A stretch of DNA of 64,000 nt from Microbotryum violaceum (GCA_001244265.2 LN717261.1:1999591-2063590); one strand, 5' to 3'. Numbered from the stretch's first letter, positions 10,901 to 23,400 are shown. The notes: generated by a model not told the origin, from the letters alone. Numbers and translations: made by a program.

Positions 10901-13356
10901 TTCGACCTGTGCGCTGCAGCTCCCGACGGCGAGCTCACTACCACGTTGCTCTACACGAATGTGCCGCGCTACTACTCCTGGAATAAGGAGAAGTTGCGCT
11001 GGAAACGCCGAGTCCATGATTGCAATGTCATTGGACGAATCTACACCGTCCCACTGCGTAGTGGGGAGCGCTTTTACCTCAGACTGCTCCTCGAGGTCGT
11101 CATGGGCCCGACATCGTTTGCGGACCTGCTCATGTTCGAAGACGTCGTGTATCCTTCCTATCGCGCCGCTTGCGCCGCTCGCGGACTTCTCGCCGACGAT
11201 GGCGAGCATCACATCTGTCTCAGGGAAGCTGCACAGATTGAAACCGGTGACCAACTACGCCGATTATTCGTGTTCATGCTCATCCATGCGACGGTTGCCA
11301 ACCCACCAGCTTTGCTGGATCGTCACTTTGCTTCTCTTAGCGACGATGCCCGTTATCACATCGAACGCTATGAAGACGTGCCCGTCAACGATCAAACCAT
11401 CCGCCTGTGGACCCTCAACAAGATTGGTCTCCTCCTTGCGGCAAACGATCAAACTTTGGCCTTCTTTGATCTTCCCGAGCTGACCGAGGACAAAGTGCGG
11501 CTGTTTGATCGTCTCGAGGAACGGCTTCCCCGTTTTGATCGCCAGCAATGCGCGCAAGATGCCGAAGCGGCGCATGCCCGTCTGAACCACGACCAATGAA
11601 TTGCATTTGACGAGTGCTTTGCGCGGTCGAGCTCGATGTCGTCGATCAGATGCGCGACAACAACCTTGGGCCGCAGCATGTGTTTTTCCTGCTAGCACCT
11701 GGGGGTACTGGCAAGACTTTTGTGGAAAATGCCCTTCTCGATACTGTGCGAGCTCGAGGCGACCAAGCGATTGCGGTGGCGTCGTCCGGAGTAGCGGCGT
11801 TGCTTCTCAAGGGAGGACACACGGCGCATTCAACTTTTCGAATCCCACTCGACACCTTGCCAACCTCGACGTGTCCAGTCGACAGGGAGAGTGATCTCGC
11901 GCTGATGCTGCGTACCACCAAGCTCATCATTTGGGATGAAGCCCCAATGGCGCATCGATTCGCGGTGGAAGCTGTCGACCGTTTACTGCGTGATCTCCGA
12001 GAGACCGAGGAGCACTTCGGCGGGGTGACAATGATCTTTGCGGGTCAGTTGGGCTCTTCCGCCTCCGCTCTGAACAGCGGCATGCTAACGAGGTTTCCAA
12101 TTTGTAGGGGACTTTCGCCAGTGCCTTCCTGTTGTTCCCAAAGGAACTCCCGGTCAAATCGTCGATGCATCCCTCATCAAGGCAGACTTCTGGCGCGACG
12201 TTTGTGTCTTGCGACTTACCGAGAACATGCGTCTCAGCTCGAACGCTGATGCGATAGACGAGGCTCATTTGGCTCGAACGCGCGACTTTGCGGAATGGCT
12301 ACTCACCGTGGGAGATGGAACTGCCAACATGCACCCATACAACAAGATTGCAGTACGTTTGGCTCCCCTCTTTTACCCAACCAACCGACACTAAGACCCC
12401 TTCTATCCGTTTCGCAGCTGCCTGATTACCTGCTGCTTCCGGACGGTCAAAGAACGGCCGAAGAGTTGATCAACTTTGTCTACCCCGGTTTAAGGACCGT
12501 GAACAAGGAGTCCCTCGAAAACCTGATTCAGCTGTTCTCACGTCAGGCAATCCTAGCTCCGCATAATGCAACGGTCGATCGCATCAATGCCAAGCTGCTG
12601 GAAGAGTTCAATGGCGACTACATCGAGTATCGCAGCGCAGACGAGGTCGTTGAGGCAGGCGAAACTGGGGTGGAATGGCGCCGGAACTGATTTCGCCAGA
12701 GTATCTACATTCAATCAACCCATCCAACTTCCCGCGCATCACTTGCGTCTCAAGGAAGGGATCCCCGTCGTTCTTCTTCGCAATTTGGACCCAGACGCGG
12801 GCCTCTGCAACGGTACCCGCCTGATCGTGTCGCACGCAAGATCGAGAGTCATTCAAGCCATCATCTTGACCGGAGATCGAGCGGGCACCACGGTCTTCAT
12901 CCCTCGCGTGCGACTTGAGACAAATGCGACTGGCAGTCGCCAACTTGGTTTCACTATGCGCCGGCTCCAATTCCCGCTTCGCGTTGCCTTGGCCATGACG
13001 ATCAACAAAGCCCAAGGTCAATCACTTGATTGTGTTGGCGTCCATCTCTCCCTACATCCCGTCTTCACTCATGGGCAGCTGTATGTGGCATTGTCTCAAG
13101 CCATGAGTGTTGATCGAATCAAGGTGCTACTGCCCTCTCGCGACCCCGCCGATGATGACGACGACCTACAAGCCGTTGATCGAGCGGCAGCCGCAGCCAC
13201 CGCGACCCCAAACCCAGTATTCCGCTCTGTTCTCAGAGCAATGAATGGGGAATAGTTTTGAAACTGTCCTTTGTATTGTGTGTTTTACCTTCAACTGAGA
13301 TCACGATTCTGCTATTTAATTTTCATCCTCCCGTTAGTCTAACGGGTTCCCACTGG
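7917..13356 (+). mobile_element. Helitron family A, near full length (5' tip missing)
   Basis: Contains RepHel. The 3' hairpin CCCGTTAGTCTAACGGG (13330-13346) is followed by CTGG (13353-13356). Confidence 0.9.
8060..13255 (+). pseudogene. Helitron RepHel (Zn-finger, HUH Rep, PIF1-like SF1 helicase), frameshifted
   Basis: Motifs are CTHCKARHW..CC, FITVTCNPEW, VIEYQKRGLPHAHIL, YLFKYVYKG, GGTGKTF, IIWDEAPM, LTENMR, GLCNGTRL, MTINKAQGQS and FTHGQLYVALS. It has several frameshifts, a stop at 11597, and introns at ~9507-9570, ~12044-12107 and ~12353-12417. Confidence 0.95.
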
Positions 13357-14194
13357 CGTGTGCCAATCTTTCAAAAGCAAAACGCAGGGCAGCATGACCA
13401 ACTGACCGGTTCGACTGTAACATCACTGGGGATCCGAAGCAATGCCTTCCCGTTATTCTCAAGTCATCGCCTGCATCAATCGTCGACGCTTGCTTCATGG
13501 AATGCTGACTTCTGGGGGAAGTTGGGGTGCTGCTTGACTTCGTACGGTTGAGAATCCGGGTCATTGGCACACTAAATGTGAGTCTTTACTGCCCTGGCTA
13601 GAGATGGACAACAGCAAGAATAATGATAGTTGCACAACGTCTCGGAGGTCTGAAGGCCAGCAACGACGAAGGCTCGAGCGAGAGCGTTCCGGTCCGGTCC
13701 CACACAGTTTTTCGCCAAACCCTGCCTCTACCGCATCAACATCGACGGATCATTTTATTTCCAGAAGATTTAGGGCACAACAATTGCGGAGACTCCGGGA
13801 AAGGCAGCAAATTTGATTCTATCAATCAATCGCCTCCACCTCAGCCAACGCCCAACGTCCACTCTGTCCCGGTGGATGTCGCCGCAGTCACCAATTGCAC
13901 TGCTTCCACTGCCGGAAAATCAACTTCATCCAATGGATCCACCACCTGTGAACGTTGCGATCTCTCGAAGGTCTCAAGATCAGCAGAGACGTCGTCAACA
14001 GGAAAGTCTTGAGCGAGAGCGTTCCGTTCCGGTCCCGCACAGTTCTCTGCCCGACCCTCCCCTTTGCCAAATCACGACGAATCAGTCCACCTCCAGGAGA
14101 TCAGAAGATAGATGAAAGCAGCGTAGAACCGTAGCCATCTGCAACTGCTGATTCTCAATGTGAGGTGGCGCGCTTCGCGCGCCGCCGAACCTAG
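13357..14194 (+). mobile_element. Helitron family B 3' portion (non-autonomous modules)
   Basis: It consists of inverted copies of the modules at 55130-55640 and 61660-62470, ending in hairpin plus CTAG at 14191-14194. Confidence 0.8.
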
Positions 14195-14319
14195 TGACTT
14201 GGGAATAGCGGGAAGGCGTTCCCTCGGATCCCCTATGATGTTACAGTCCAATCAGTTAGTTGTGCTGCCCTGCGCCTTGCATTTGAAAGATTGGCACATA
14301 CCTGCCAACACAACGGTCA

Positions 14320-14656
14320 CAACAGCAAAATGGCCACGCGCGCGAACCCGCTTAGGGATTCGCCCGAGATTACGCGCGCTTAACAGCGCTTAACGGTGCA
14401 TAAGATGCGCATAAGGACGCATGCGCGCATAAGAGCGCTTATGGACCGCTTTGCGTATGCAAACAAAGCGCGCGAGGAGTCTTAAGCGCGCCGTAAGTGC
14501 GCCGTAAGAGTCCCTTATCTAGGGTACACTTAAGCGACACTTAACGCGCGCGCGGCTTAACGAGTGGTTAAGGGCGCTTAAAAGCAGCTTTAGGCCGCTT
14601 AACGACTGCTTTACGAGGTTTCGCGCGCTTACGCGCGTTTGGCCATTTTGTTGATG
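14320..14656. mobile_element. 337-bp MITE, EnSpm/CACTA-like
   Basis: 17-bp TIRs CAACAGCAAAATGGCCA / CATCAACAAAATGGCCA have 2 mismatches, with a 2-bp TSD CA. The empty site ACGGTCACTCCACC is seen at 62531. Many internal TAAG/CTTA-CGCG subrepeats are present. Confidence 0.8.
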
Positions 14657-14980
14657 CACTCCACCGAACCGAGCCGTGGAATAACGGGAAGGCATTGCTT
14701 CGGATTTCCTGTGATGTTACAGTCCAGCCGGTCATTAGTCATGCTGCCCTGCGTTTTGCTTTTGAAAGTTCGGCACACACCTGCTTACGTGATGGTCACC
14801 CCACCGAACCGAGACGTTGAGGATCTCCCACGGGATGGTGAGCCGCAATTCACGCGGCCAGAGCCCGTTTTCTTGCGTGATTCGTTACAACTATCAGTAT
14901 TCTTGCTGTTGTCCATCTGTAGCTATGGCAGTGAAGACTCACATTTTGTGTCCCATGAACCCGGATTCTCAACCGTACAA

Positions 14981-15132
14981 TGTCAACTTGAATCCTTCCG
15001 CTGTTTCACTGATGTTCAATGTCTGTTCGTATCAGTTTTCCGTCATAACTAAGACTGCACAGCCATGCCAAGGGATAACTCACGCATGCAGTGTCACCAC
15101 CTGATGTTGAAGAAACAACTCGAAAGTTGACA
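14981..15132. mobile_element. Probable short solo LTR
   Basis: Inverted termini TGTCAACTT...AAGTTGACA with flanks TACAA/TTCAA (imperfect TSD). Confidence 0.5.
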
Positions 15133-15805
15133 TTCAAAGAGGTCATGTTGAAGGGAATCTCTGCTTGGTAGTTCCCCATCAGCTTCTAACCAATCCCACA
15201 CCAAGAGCACAGTTCATGAAGTTACTTACTCGAATTCGTAGCTATGTTGCATGCGGCAGGCATTTCTGTATCCTGTATTCGTTGCAGAGCTTCCACGACG
15301 ACCGCTTCGGATGTCGCAAGCTCGAGGTGGCGATGGGATGAGGTGCGGTAGGTAAGGTGTGAAGAGCAGGAGGGAGAAAGATGGAGAAGTCTGCGCCTCA
15401 GTTCAAACCGGAGTCATAGAATGTCGCGGAAGGCCGCGGAATGTCGTGGAGTGAAGCCCGAAGCAGAGGGTCATGTGCCAGGCTGCTTTGATGGGAAATG
15501 GAACCTCGGCGAACGTGGACGAAACGGTCTGTCGTCACGTGGTTTGTCTCCCGTTCTCTGACATTCTTTGACATCGACGTGGTAGACACACGAAACAGTC
15601 TGCTTCGGGAGACAGAGAGTCACGTCACGTGCTATTCAATGGAACCTCGGCGAACGTAAGCGAAACGGTCTGAAACAGCGCTATGTAGCTAGCTGGGACG
15701 CGCTGGACCGAGAGTTGGCTATGACGTCACGCCACGTGGTTTGTCCTTCGTTCTCTGACATTCTTTGACGTTCTTTGTCTCGACGGATCCATTTAGTAGT
15801 ATATA

Positions 15806-15958
15806 CTAGTGCGGTGGCGCGCTTCGCGCGCCATGACGTCACGCCACGTGGTTTCTCTCGTTCTAGAACGTTCTTTGTCTCGACGTATCCATTTAGTAGT
15901 ATATAATATATAATAATAATAATATATAGTATATAGTATATAGTATATTAGTAGTATA
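15806..15958 (-). mobile_element. 153-bp mini-Helitron (family B 5' end fused directly to a 3' hairpin)
   Basis: The minus strand has a TATAC/TAT microsatellite, then ...CTACTAAATGG...GTGACGTCAT, then GGCGCGCGAAGCGCGCC-ACCGCA-CTAG. Confidence 0.8.
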
Positions 15959-18906
15959 CTAGGTTCGGCGGCGCGCTCCGCGCGCCACCTCACACCGTAA
16001 CCGTTCACCTGCAATGTGATGTACTTCGCTGCGGTACTGCTGAGTAACGCAAGCGTAGTGGTTGAAGTCGGGAGAGGACCGCGCGACGACAATCAAATGC
16101 AAACAGCCATTCTGGGAGCCCGATGATGAGCTCAGACTGCCGTCGAGACCCGCATCGAGTGCGGACCTTTTCATGGATGCCTCCCGACATCGACATCCCT
16201 CACCTGCTATTGCCGGAGCTTCACTATGGAGCTTTGACATGACTCTTCATTTCACCGTACCAAACCGAGCCGTTGACGATCGCACATCTTGCAACATCCT
16301 GTCCACCATCACCGCCAGCGTGTCAAAGGATTGACTTCGTACGGTGATTGCGTTGGATAATCACCTCCACCCCAGCCAACGCCCGATGTCAAATCCCACA
16401 CGCCGCACAGTCACCAATTGCACTGCGCTTGACATCGGGCGTTGGCTGGGGTGGAGGCGATTGTCCAACGCAATCATTTTACCCTGTTCTCCTGGAGGTG
16501 GACTGATTTGTCGTGATTTGGCAAAGGCAGGGCTCGGCAAAGAACTGTGTGGGACCGGACCGGAACGCTCTCGCTCGAGCCTTTCCCGTTAACGATGTTG
16601 TTGCTGGTCTTCAGACCTCCGAGACGTCGTGCAACTACCAGCCTTTCCCGTTGACGATGTCGTTGCTGATCTTCAGACCTCCAAGACGTCGTGCAACTAT
16701 CAGTATTCTTTCTGTTGTCCATCTGTAGCAATGCAGCAGCAGGTCGAGCACCATGTCGTTGATGTGATCCACGCCCAATTTTGCTCGCTCTCGGAAGTAT
16801 TCGACTTCTTCGCCTATCGACATATTGTCCAGTTCGAGCGCGGGGACGGGCTAGCCGTGTCTGATCAACCCGGAGCTGTTCCTTGTGGTCGCCGGCAGGA
16901 GAAGCTCACATGGGAGCCCGATAGTCTTCTGTTTCGTTCGCCAAGCCGTCTCCAACTCCGAACTCCGAAGAGCCAATCTGCAAAGCCCTGTGCCTTTGCC
17001 TGTTCCGTTTCGGCCATGCGGTTTGCAGCGGCCAGAAGAGGCATGTTTGTCTGCGCTCGCACTGTGCCGTTGTTAGCCTAGTATAGGGTCTAAAGGTCAG
17101 GCAAGGACTACCACTTACAGAGAGATCCCCGCAGAAGTCAACATTCATGATGCAAGTGTAAGGCTCGGTTGCCTTACGCTATTTAACCACCCTTCTAATT
17201 TCAATATGCATCTATTGAAATCGTCAGTCTTTTGGACCATGTAACCTAGTCGTGAAGGGCCTGGGGTATTACAGCAAGCGTCGACGATTTGTGTAGGCAA
17301 TGACTTGAGAATAACGGGAAGGCATTGCTTCGGATCCTCTGTGATGTCACAGTCCAACCGGTCAGTTAAGCATGCTGCCCTGCGTTTTGCTTTTGAAAGA
17401 TTGGCACATACCTGCCAACGCGATGGTCACCCCACCTAACTGAGCCGTGGAATAACGGGAAGGCATTGCTTCGGATTTCCTGTGATGTTACAGTCCAACC
17501 GGTCATTAGTCATGCTGCCCCGCGTTTTGCTTTTGAAAGATTGGCACACACCTGCCAACACGACGGTCACTCCAACAAACGGAGCCGTTGAGGATCTGCC
17601 ACGAATGGTGAGCCGCAATTCACGGAACCTGTTTTTTTTTGCGTGATTCGTCCTTTAGAACTATCAGTATTCTTGCTGTTGTCCATTTATAGCAACGTGC
17701 CGCGTCTAAAAAATAATAAAAAAGAGCTCAGTTCATGAAGTTACTCACTCGAATTCGTAGCTATGTTGCATGCGGCAGCCATTTCTTGATCCCGTATTCG
17801 TTGCAGAGCTTCCACGACGACCGCTTCGGATGTCGCGAGCTTGAGGTGGCGATGGGATGAGGTGCGATGGGCAAGGTGTGAAGAGCAGGAGGGAGAAAGA
17901 TGGAGAAGCCTGCGCCTCGGTTTGAACCGGACTCATAGAATGTCGTGGAAGGCCGCGGAACGTCGTGGAGTGAAGGCCCGTGACACGCTGGCGGGGCCCC
18001 TAACGGTGGAATTGGCGCACTGGCCGACGCTACCCGAGGTCCGGAACTGGTTCAAGTGGACGAACGAATCTCAAGCTCGGAGATGAAGAACTGCGGGCCC
18101 GTTGCACTTGCCGTGCGACATTGAGACTGCCTGCTGCCGGTGCAGTTGACTTGACGAACCAGTTTGCGCGACGTCGTCTTGATCGGTTTCGCGCTGCTGC
18201 TTCTGGCGAAGGTATCGTTGCCGCTGAGCTTCGGCGATTGTTCGAGGTTGCTGGCGGCGGCGTCTGTGCGATTAGAGCGGAAGTCGGGTTGGGCGGAGGA
18301 GCGCGAAGGCGGCGGGCATCCATACATTCAAGTTTTTACTGTCCTCATGCGCGAGGTCTGGGCTGATGATTTCCTCCCCCTTTGCACACAGCGCGAAGCA
18401 GCCTCGTTGGCGGCCCTCTCAGCCTCGCGGACGGCGCGCTGACCTCGCTCACATTGGCGACGTCTCGGCTGCCCCTGTCCTCTCCATGAAGATTCGTAGT
18501 GGAGAGTCTTCTGTACGTGAAAGATTACAGATGACATTTCGGCAGTGGCAGGAAGTAGATGCTCGAAGTAACTATGCTACGATGTGGTAGACACGCAAGA
18601 CAGGTCGTCTGAGCCAGAGTCATTGATTTGATGGAAAATGGAACCTCGGCGAACGTAGAGGAAACGGGCTGTCACTGGCCGACCCCTGCTAAAACCGCGG
18701 TAGCTAGCTGGGCCGGGGGGACGCGCTGGACCGAGAAATAGAAAAGTTGAGTATTAATTAGTGTTAAACCTGCGAATCTATTGGAATGAAAGATATTTCT
18801 CTAGCTGCTGATGACGTCACGCCACGTGGTTTGTCTTTTGTTCTAGAAGATTCTTTGTCTCGACGTATCCATTTAGTAGTATATATATATATATATATAT
18901 AGAAGA
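15959..18906 (-). mobile_element. Non-autonomous Helitron family B with both ends
   Basis: 5' TCTTCT(AT)n is at 18906 and the 3' hairpin plus CTAG is at 15959. 16690-17150 is nearly identical to 55590-56070. Confidence 0.8.
17157..17273. mobile_element. 117-bp solo LTR-like insertion
   Basis: Termini are TGTAA...TTACA with TSD GCAAG (17152-17156, 17274-17278). The empty site is at 56061-56075. Confidence 0.8.
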
Positions 18907-18971
18907 ATAGAAGATATACATTTAGCAGTATAGAAGATAAGTTTTAAGGATAAGGATAAGGATTAAGGATT

Positions 18972-20144
18972 TCCTTTTTAACAGCATATCTATATCAATG
19001 CCTAAAAATCCTCGGAAAAGACGGAGGGAATGCAGTCAAGCACACTGGCTAGGTCAGTAGTGTAGGACTCGTTGAGAACAAAATCAACCATACCCACTAA
19101 AAACCCCCTTAGGTGATTACAGCGAAACCAATCGTCCCTTGGACTCCTGGATGGACGCGCGCAGCTCCTCGAATGCCGTTTCGGCGATCGGCTCCAGAGG
19201 GTCCGACGAAAATCGGCGGTGACGAGAGAGCTTCCAGATCGCGTGGAATAATAGTAGACACAGCTCGACGAGTCGGCGTTCCGAGCGAGAGACGACCGGG
19301 CACACGAACTGAACAGAGTTGGGGTGTGGGAAAGGAGTGAGCGCAGACCAGAGGCGGTGGGCAAACGGGCAACCGACCGCTAGGTGTGCCAGGGTCTCCG
19401 GAGCCTCCGACAGGCACATGACACATGCGGTAGATCAATTGTGGATAAAAGGGCTGTTTGGAGAAGCGAGTTGGCTACCTGGATGAAGTGGCCCCAGGGA
19501 GAGGAGGTGGGCCGTGTCTTCGGTGTCCGAATGAACCCTGCGAACCTTGCGTAGCGCCATCCACCAAGCATTCCAGTGTTGCTCGGGGAGACAGAAAACC
19601 CTCTGATGACCGACAGGGAAGATAGGAGGATAGAGGAAGGCTTGGTGGCGTTTGGATGCGTTCACAAACGAATACGGAGTCATCACCTCGCCATTGGGTC
19701 CTCGGAAAAGCGTCGGGTTCACCGAGAGTTGGATTCCGTGGCCTGCCGGGAAGTAGAGGACGTGTGTTGCCCATCGCTCGAGATTCGGGCTCTTGGAAAG
19801 TTCGGGGGGGTTGAGCGTTGTCACCAAATCCCAGGTTTCGAAGTAGCGGATCCATCGTGGAGGGAGCAGCGCCTTCGTCTTCCTCACCGCGCGTTCCCAT
19901 TGTGGAGGAGGGTGGCAAAAGTAGGCCCACCAGATCCAGACCCACGAGCGACGATGTGGGTTGGGGCCCGATTCGGGCAAGGTAAAGGGGGTGCGTTCGT
20001 TCGCCCCCTGAAGGCGAGTGCGGATGTCGAAGAGGTGCCGAATGAAGCAGCCGTCCAGGTCCCGAAGATGAAAGACCCGCTTGGCGTGATCGATCGCGAG
20101 ACGCTGAGGTAAGTCGATCAAACCGAAGCCACCGTGGTCGAGAC
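18972..20144 (-). mobile_element. 5'-truncated L1-like LINE (same family as 42365-45855)
   Basis: LDHGGFGLIDLP...zf-RVT (C..C.....HLAVGCPFA) and the 3' UTR are colinear with 44655-45835. Confidence 0.9.
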
Positions 20145-20459
20145 TCCAAAATCCGCTTGCATAGTGATTCTTAGCACCGCTAAAGCTGAACAGACATGCG
20201 CCCAAGGCGAAGGCGAGCCAGAGTTGAGCACAAGTCAGACAACTAGCACCTTGCTCTCTTTGCCTCCACCCGGCGCTATGCTCAAGTGTACACAATACTC
20301 TCGACTCAAAGTGAGTGGTACAGGATTTGGAATGGATGATGGACATAAATGTGGGATGGGGGATGGGGGGCGTGTCCAATCTGATGCTCAAATCTACTTT
20401 TGCAGAACTAGCACTCGAAAACCCTCACCATGGTGGATCCGTCGTTATCGAATATGTCC

Positions 20460-23400
20460 TCAAAACACGTACATGCGTGGGTCCTTGGTCGAGTAGTACG
20501 CACCGACTAGCTTGTTCACGGCCTCGATCGGAATCACGGCTGGTGTCGTGGGCTCCGTGCGAACAAACGGCATCGACTTGTACAACAGTCGTGCCGGCGG
20601 GTACAGTTCGGCGACAACGGCAAGACGTGAACGCCCGAGCTTGAGTTGCTTGAGTTCGACATGGGGCGGCACCCGTACGATCGCCATGGCTCGACCAACC
20701 GTGAACATCGCTTTACAAGTTTGAGCTCCCGTCGAATCAAACAATGTCGTCACAAAGCAAGACGCCTGCCGCAGGTCGTTGTCGTCTTCACCTTCGCGCC
20801 TTGTCGTCGACAAGTAGTTTCGCTTGGCATTACTGAGCGTGGCACGACCGTAGTGATCCCAGTAAACAACTTCGTCTTCGATGTTTCCGACCAACCCTCT
20901 TATTTTGCCGTCCCCGAACGCCTTTGTCCAAGCTTCGCACTCTCGGTGCCAGTCCTCGCTGGCTCGAGTCTCGACCGGCGAGAAGAGCGTCAAGACCCGT
21001 CCTGGCTCAGGCAGCGACGGTTCGGGCAAAAGCGCTAGCACGAGTGCGGCGAACTCGGGATCGTTGTCCGCCCAGCACTTCTGCTGTTCGCGTATGATGG
21101 TCTGTGAAGCGGTGTCGAAGGCAAACAACCAGTCACGGTCAGCCGCAGGCATCCCGAGCACTTCCCCGCTGCTCTGGGGACTTGCCTTCTTCATCAAGCT
21201 CATGCACGGGCTCACGTTCGAAGTCGCATCCTTCTTGCAGTAGCCAATGACTCACTCGAGCTGCAACTGCGACACAAGGCTGAGGTTACCGACCCGCTTG
21301 ATCCATTCCCCAAGGTGGTGAAGTTTGCAAATGGCCAAGGGCATCGCTTCGACCTGGTCCCCGCTGAATCCGAGATACAGACGCTCTTGCTCTTGTACGA
21401 ACCGGTCGGCGAGCTCGTCAATGGTTTGGATGCGTTCAATGCTGGCGGGGCTGCGGTCGAGCACAAGCCTGACAAAGTCAGCCCAGTGTGCGACGTACTT
21501 GTTGGGCATGCCGGCGTCTTGGAGGACAGCGACGGATCCATTCAACTCAAATTGCAACCACTCGTGAATCTTGTAGCATGTGTTGGCCTTATCTTGAGGG
21601 TTTCACAGGTAGGCTCCGAATGCGCTTGGCGTCGTGACCTGGGCACCTTCAAGCAAAGCCGCAGCGGTGGAGAGGATGTGAGTGCCATCTTTTACGGATC
21701 TCCAGCAGACAGGTGACTTCCACAGTAGAGCGGGAATGTTGTTCCCCAGCAGGTGTGCAATGTCGATTGGGAAGGACCCGGGCACGTCGAACAGTGTCGA
21801 TTTGGCGGCGAGTGGAATCGCTGAGATGCCGAGTTGTGTGCGCACCTTCTTGCTCGCTCGTTCCCTGAGCGTCGGGTTGAAAGCTTTCGAAATTTGTGCC
21901 TCGTATCGCGTCAGGGTTCTGGGCCTGGGACGGGGAGCACCGTTGTACGGGTAGTAGCCCCTGATCGCTCGATGGACATTGACTTGTTTGCGCACGGTCA
22001 ATGGGGGCACGGCCTTTCGCCTTGTTCGAGGTCGCTCGTGGCCGTCTCCATCCCCGTCGTTGTCGTCGCCGTCCCCGTCACTGTTGTCGCCGCCGTCATC
22101 TTCGCCGGTGTCCTTTTCTGCGGCTTTCTTCCTGCCCACGCAGCGATCTCCTCTGTATGTTGCTTGGCCGTCTTCGACCATGTAGTGGCCGGCGCCGTTG
22201 GGTTTGGTCGCTGACGGCATCTCGCAGTTATCGCATGGGAAGGTACCGCGGCTCATCGCAAAGCCCGACTGCTTAGCTTGTCCCATAAGATCAGCTAAGA
22301 AGAAAAGGATGTAGCCTCGCCATAGGAACCAGGTGTGATCGATGGAATCAAAAATCCAAATCCCCCTTGCCGCTTCCTCGAACCGCTTCAAGATGATGAA
22401 CGCGAAGCTGTCGAAGTCCGTCGTTGTTGTCGCACATGGGGCAATGACGAGGACGTAGGTATTGTCGCGGCGATATCGACCGGACTCGATTGGGACGTTG
22501 TACAGAGTGACCGTCCATATCCAGAACGAACCCTCTCTGTACTCCTTCACCAGCGCACCGTCGGTCGACAGACCAAAGAATCCGTTTTGTTCGTCATTGA
22601 AGACGCCTGCCTCAAATGCACGTGCCAGAGCTTGACCAGACGAGACGTCGCTGTAGCCGCCGGCATGCGGATCGCCTCGAGCCTTGCGAAGACTGATGAA
22701 CCGCGTCATCTCCTCGTGCAGCGAGCGAAGCATTTTGGCCTGCTGCTGGCAGCCATACATGGCCTTGATCCGCGGGACCGGGTCCAGGAAGACTGACTGC
22801 TTTCGAGGTCTTCGTTGGAGATTGCCGCAGCGAGTCCTGATCGTCTTGTATCTCGGTTCGGTGCATCGTTCCGTGATCGTCTTCTTCTTCTTTGTCTCGG
22901 GGTCGGTGTCCACGCGTTTGTGCAAAGTTCCACACACCTCTTGGTCAGCGTGGGGGCCGACGAATGCCACGTGTCCCTCGATACAGATGTCGAACCATTC
23001 GGCTTCGAGCTGTAATGCTGTCTGGATGAACTCCGCCATCCCCCGCATCGACATACATCGCCGAGGATCCACACCTTTTTGCACATTTGCTTCTTGAATT
23101 AGATGAAGGTACTGCTTATCGGACATGTCGCTGTCCAGTGCGCAGATGAAGCAGCGTAGCGACAGCATCTGTTCAGGACTAAAGTCCGATAGTCTGATTC
23201 GAGGAGTAGGTGGACCAGAGGGTGGCTGCGGAGGAGGTTTGTACGAGGTCGACAGTCACAGGCGTGGAGGAAGCAGCGACAGCGAAATTGTGTCGAGCCA
23301 CCGCCTGAGATCTGAGGGATACGACGAAACAGTGACCAGAATGTCAGAAACTTCGAATAGATGTCACAGCTCGTTATACTCACTGAGGAACTCGGCGGCA
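20460..23400 (-). pseudogene. CACTA/EnSpm (Transposase_21/Tnp2-like) transposase, interrupted reading frame
   Basis: Motifs are DICIEGH..F, FGLSTDG, SFWIWTVTLYNVP, DFDSF, GIWIFD, FLADLMG, FPCDNC, PIDIAHLL and KLHHLGEWIKRVGNL. The frame is split by frameshifts or introns. Confidence 0.85.

Larger units (their letters stand above)
14195..15805 (-). mobile_element. Helitron family B deletion derivative (5' end at 15805)
   Basis: The 5' end reads TATATACTACTAAATGG. Blocks are shared with 17725-17975 and 18590-18880, and it holds two intron-repeat units. Confidence 0.7.

Noticed and set aside
6717-14194. Single element with 52-bp inverted repeats around RepHel A
   Set aside because: Both ends are ordinary family B 3' termini found throughout the window, and RepHel A has its own 3' end at 13356.
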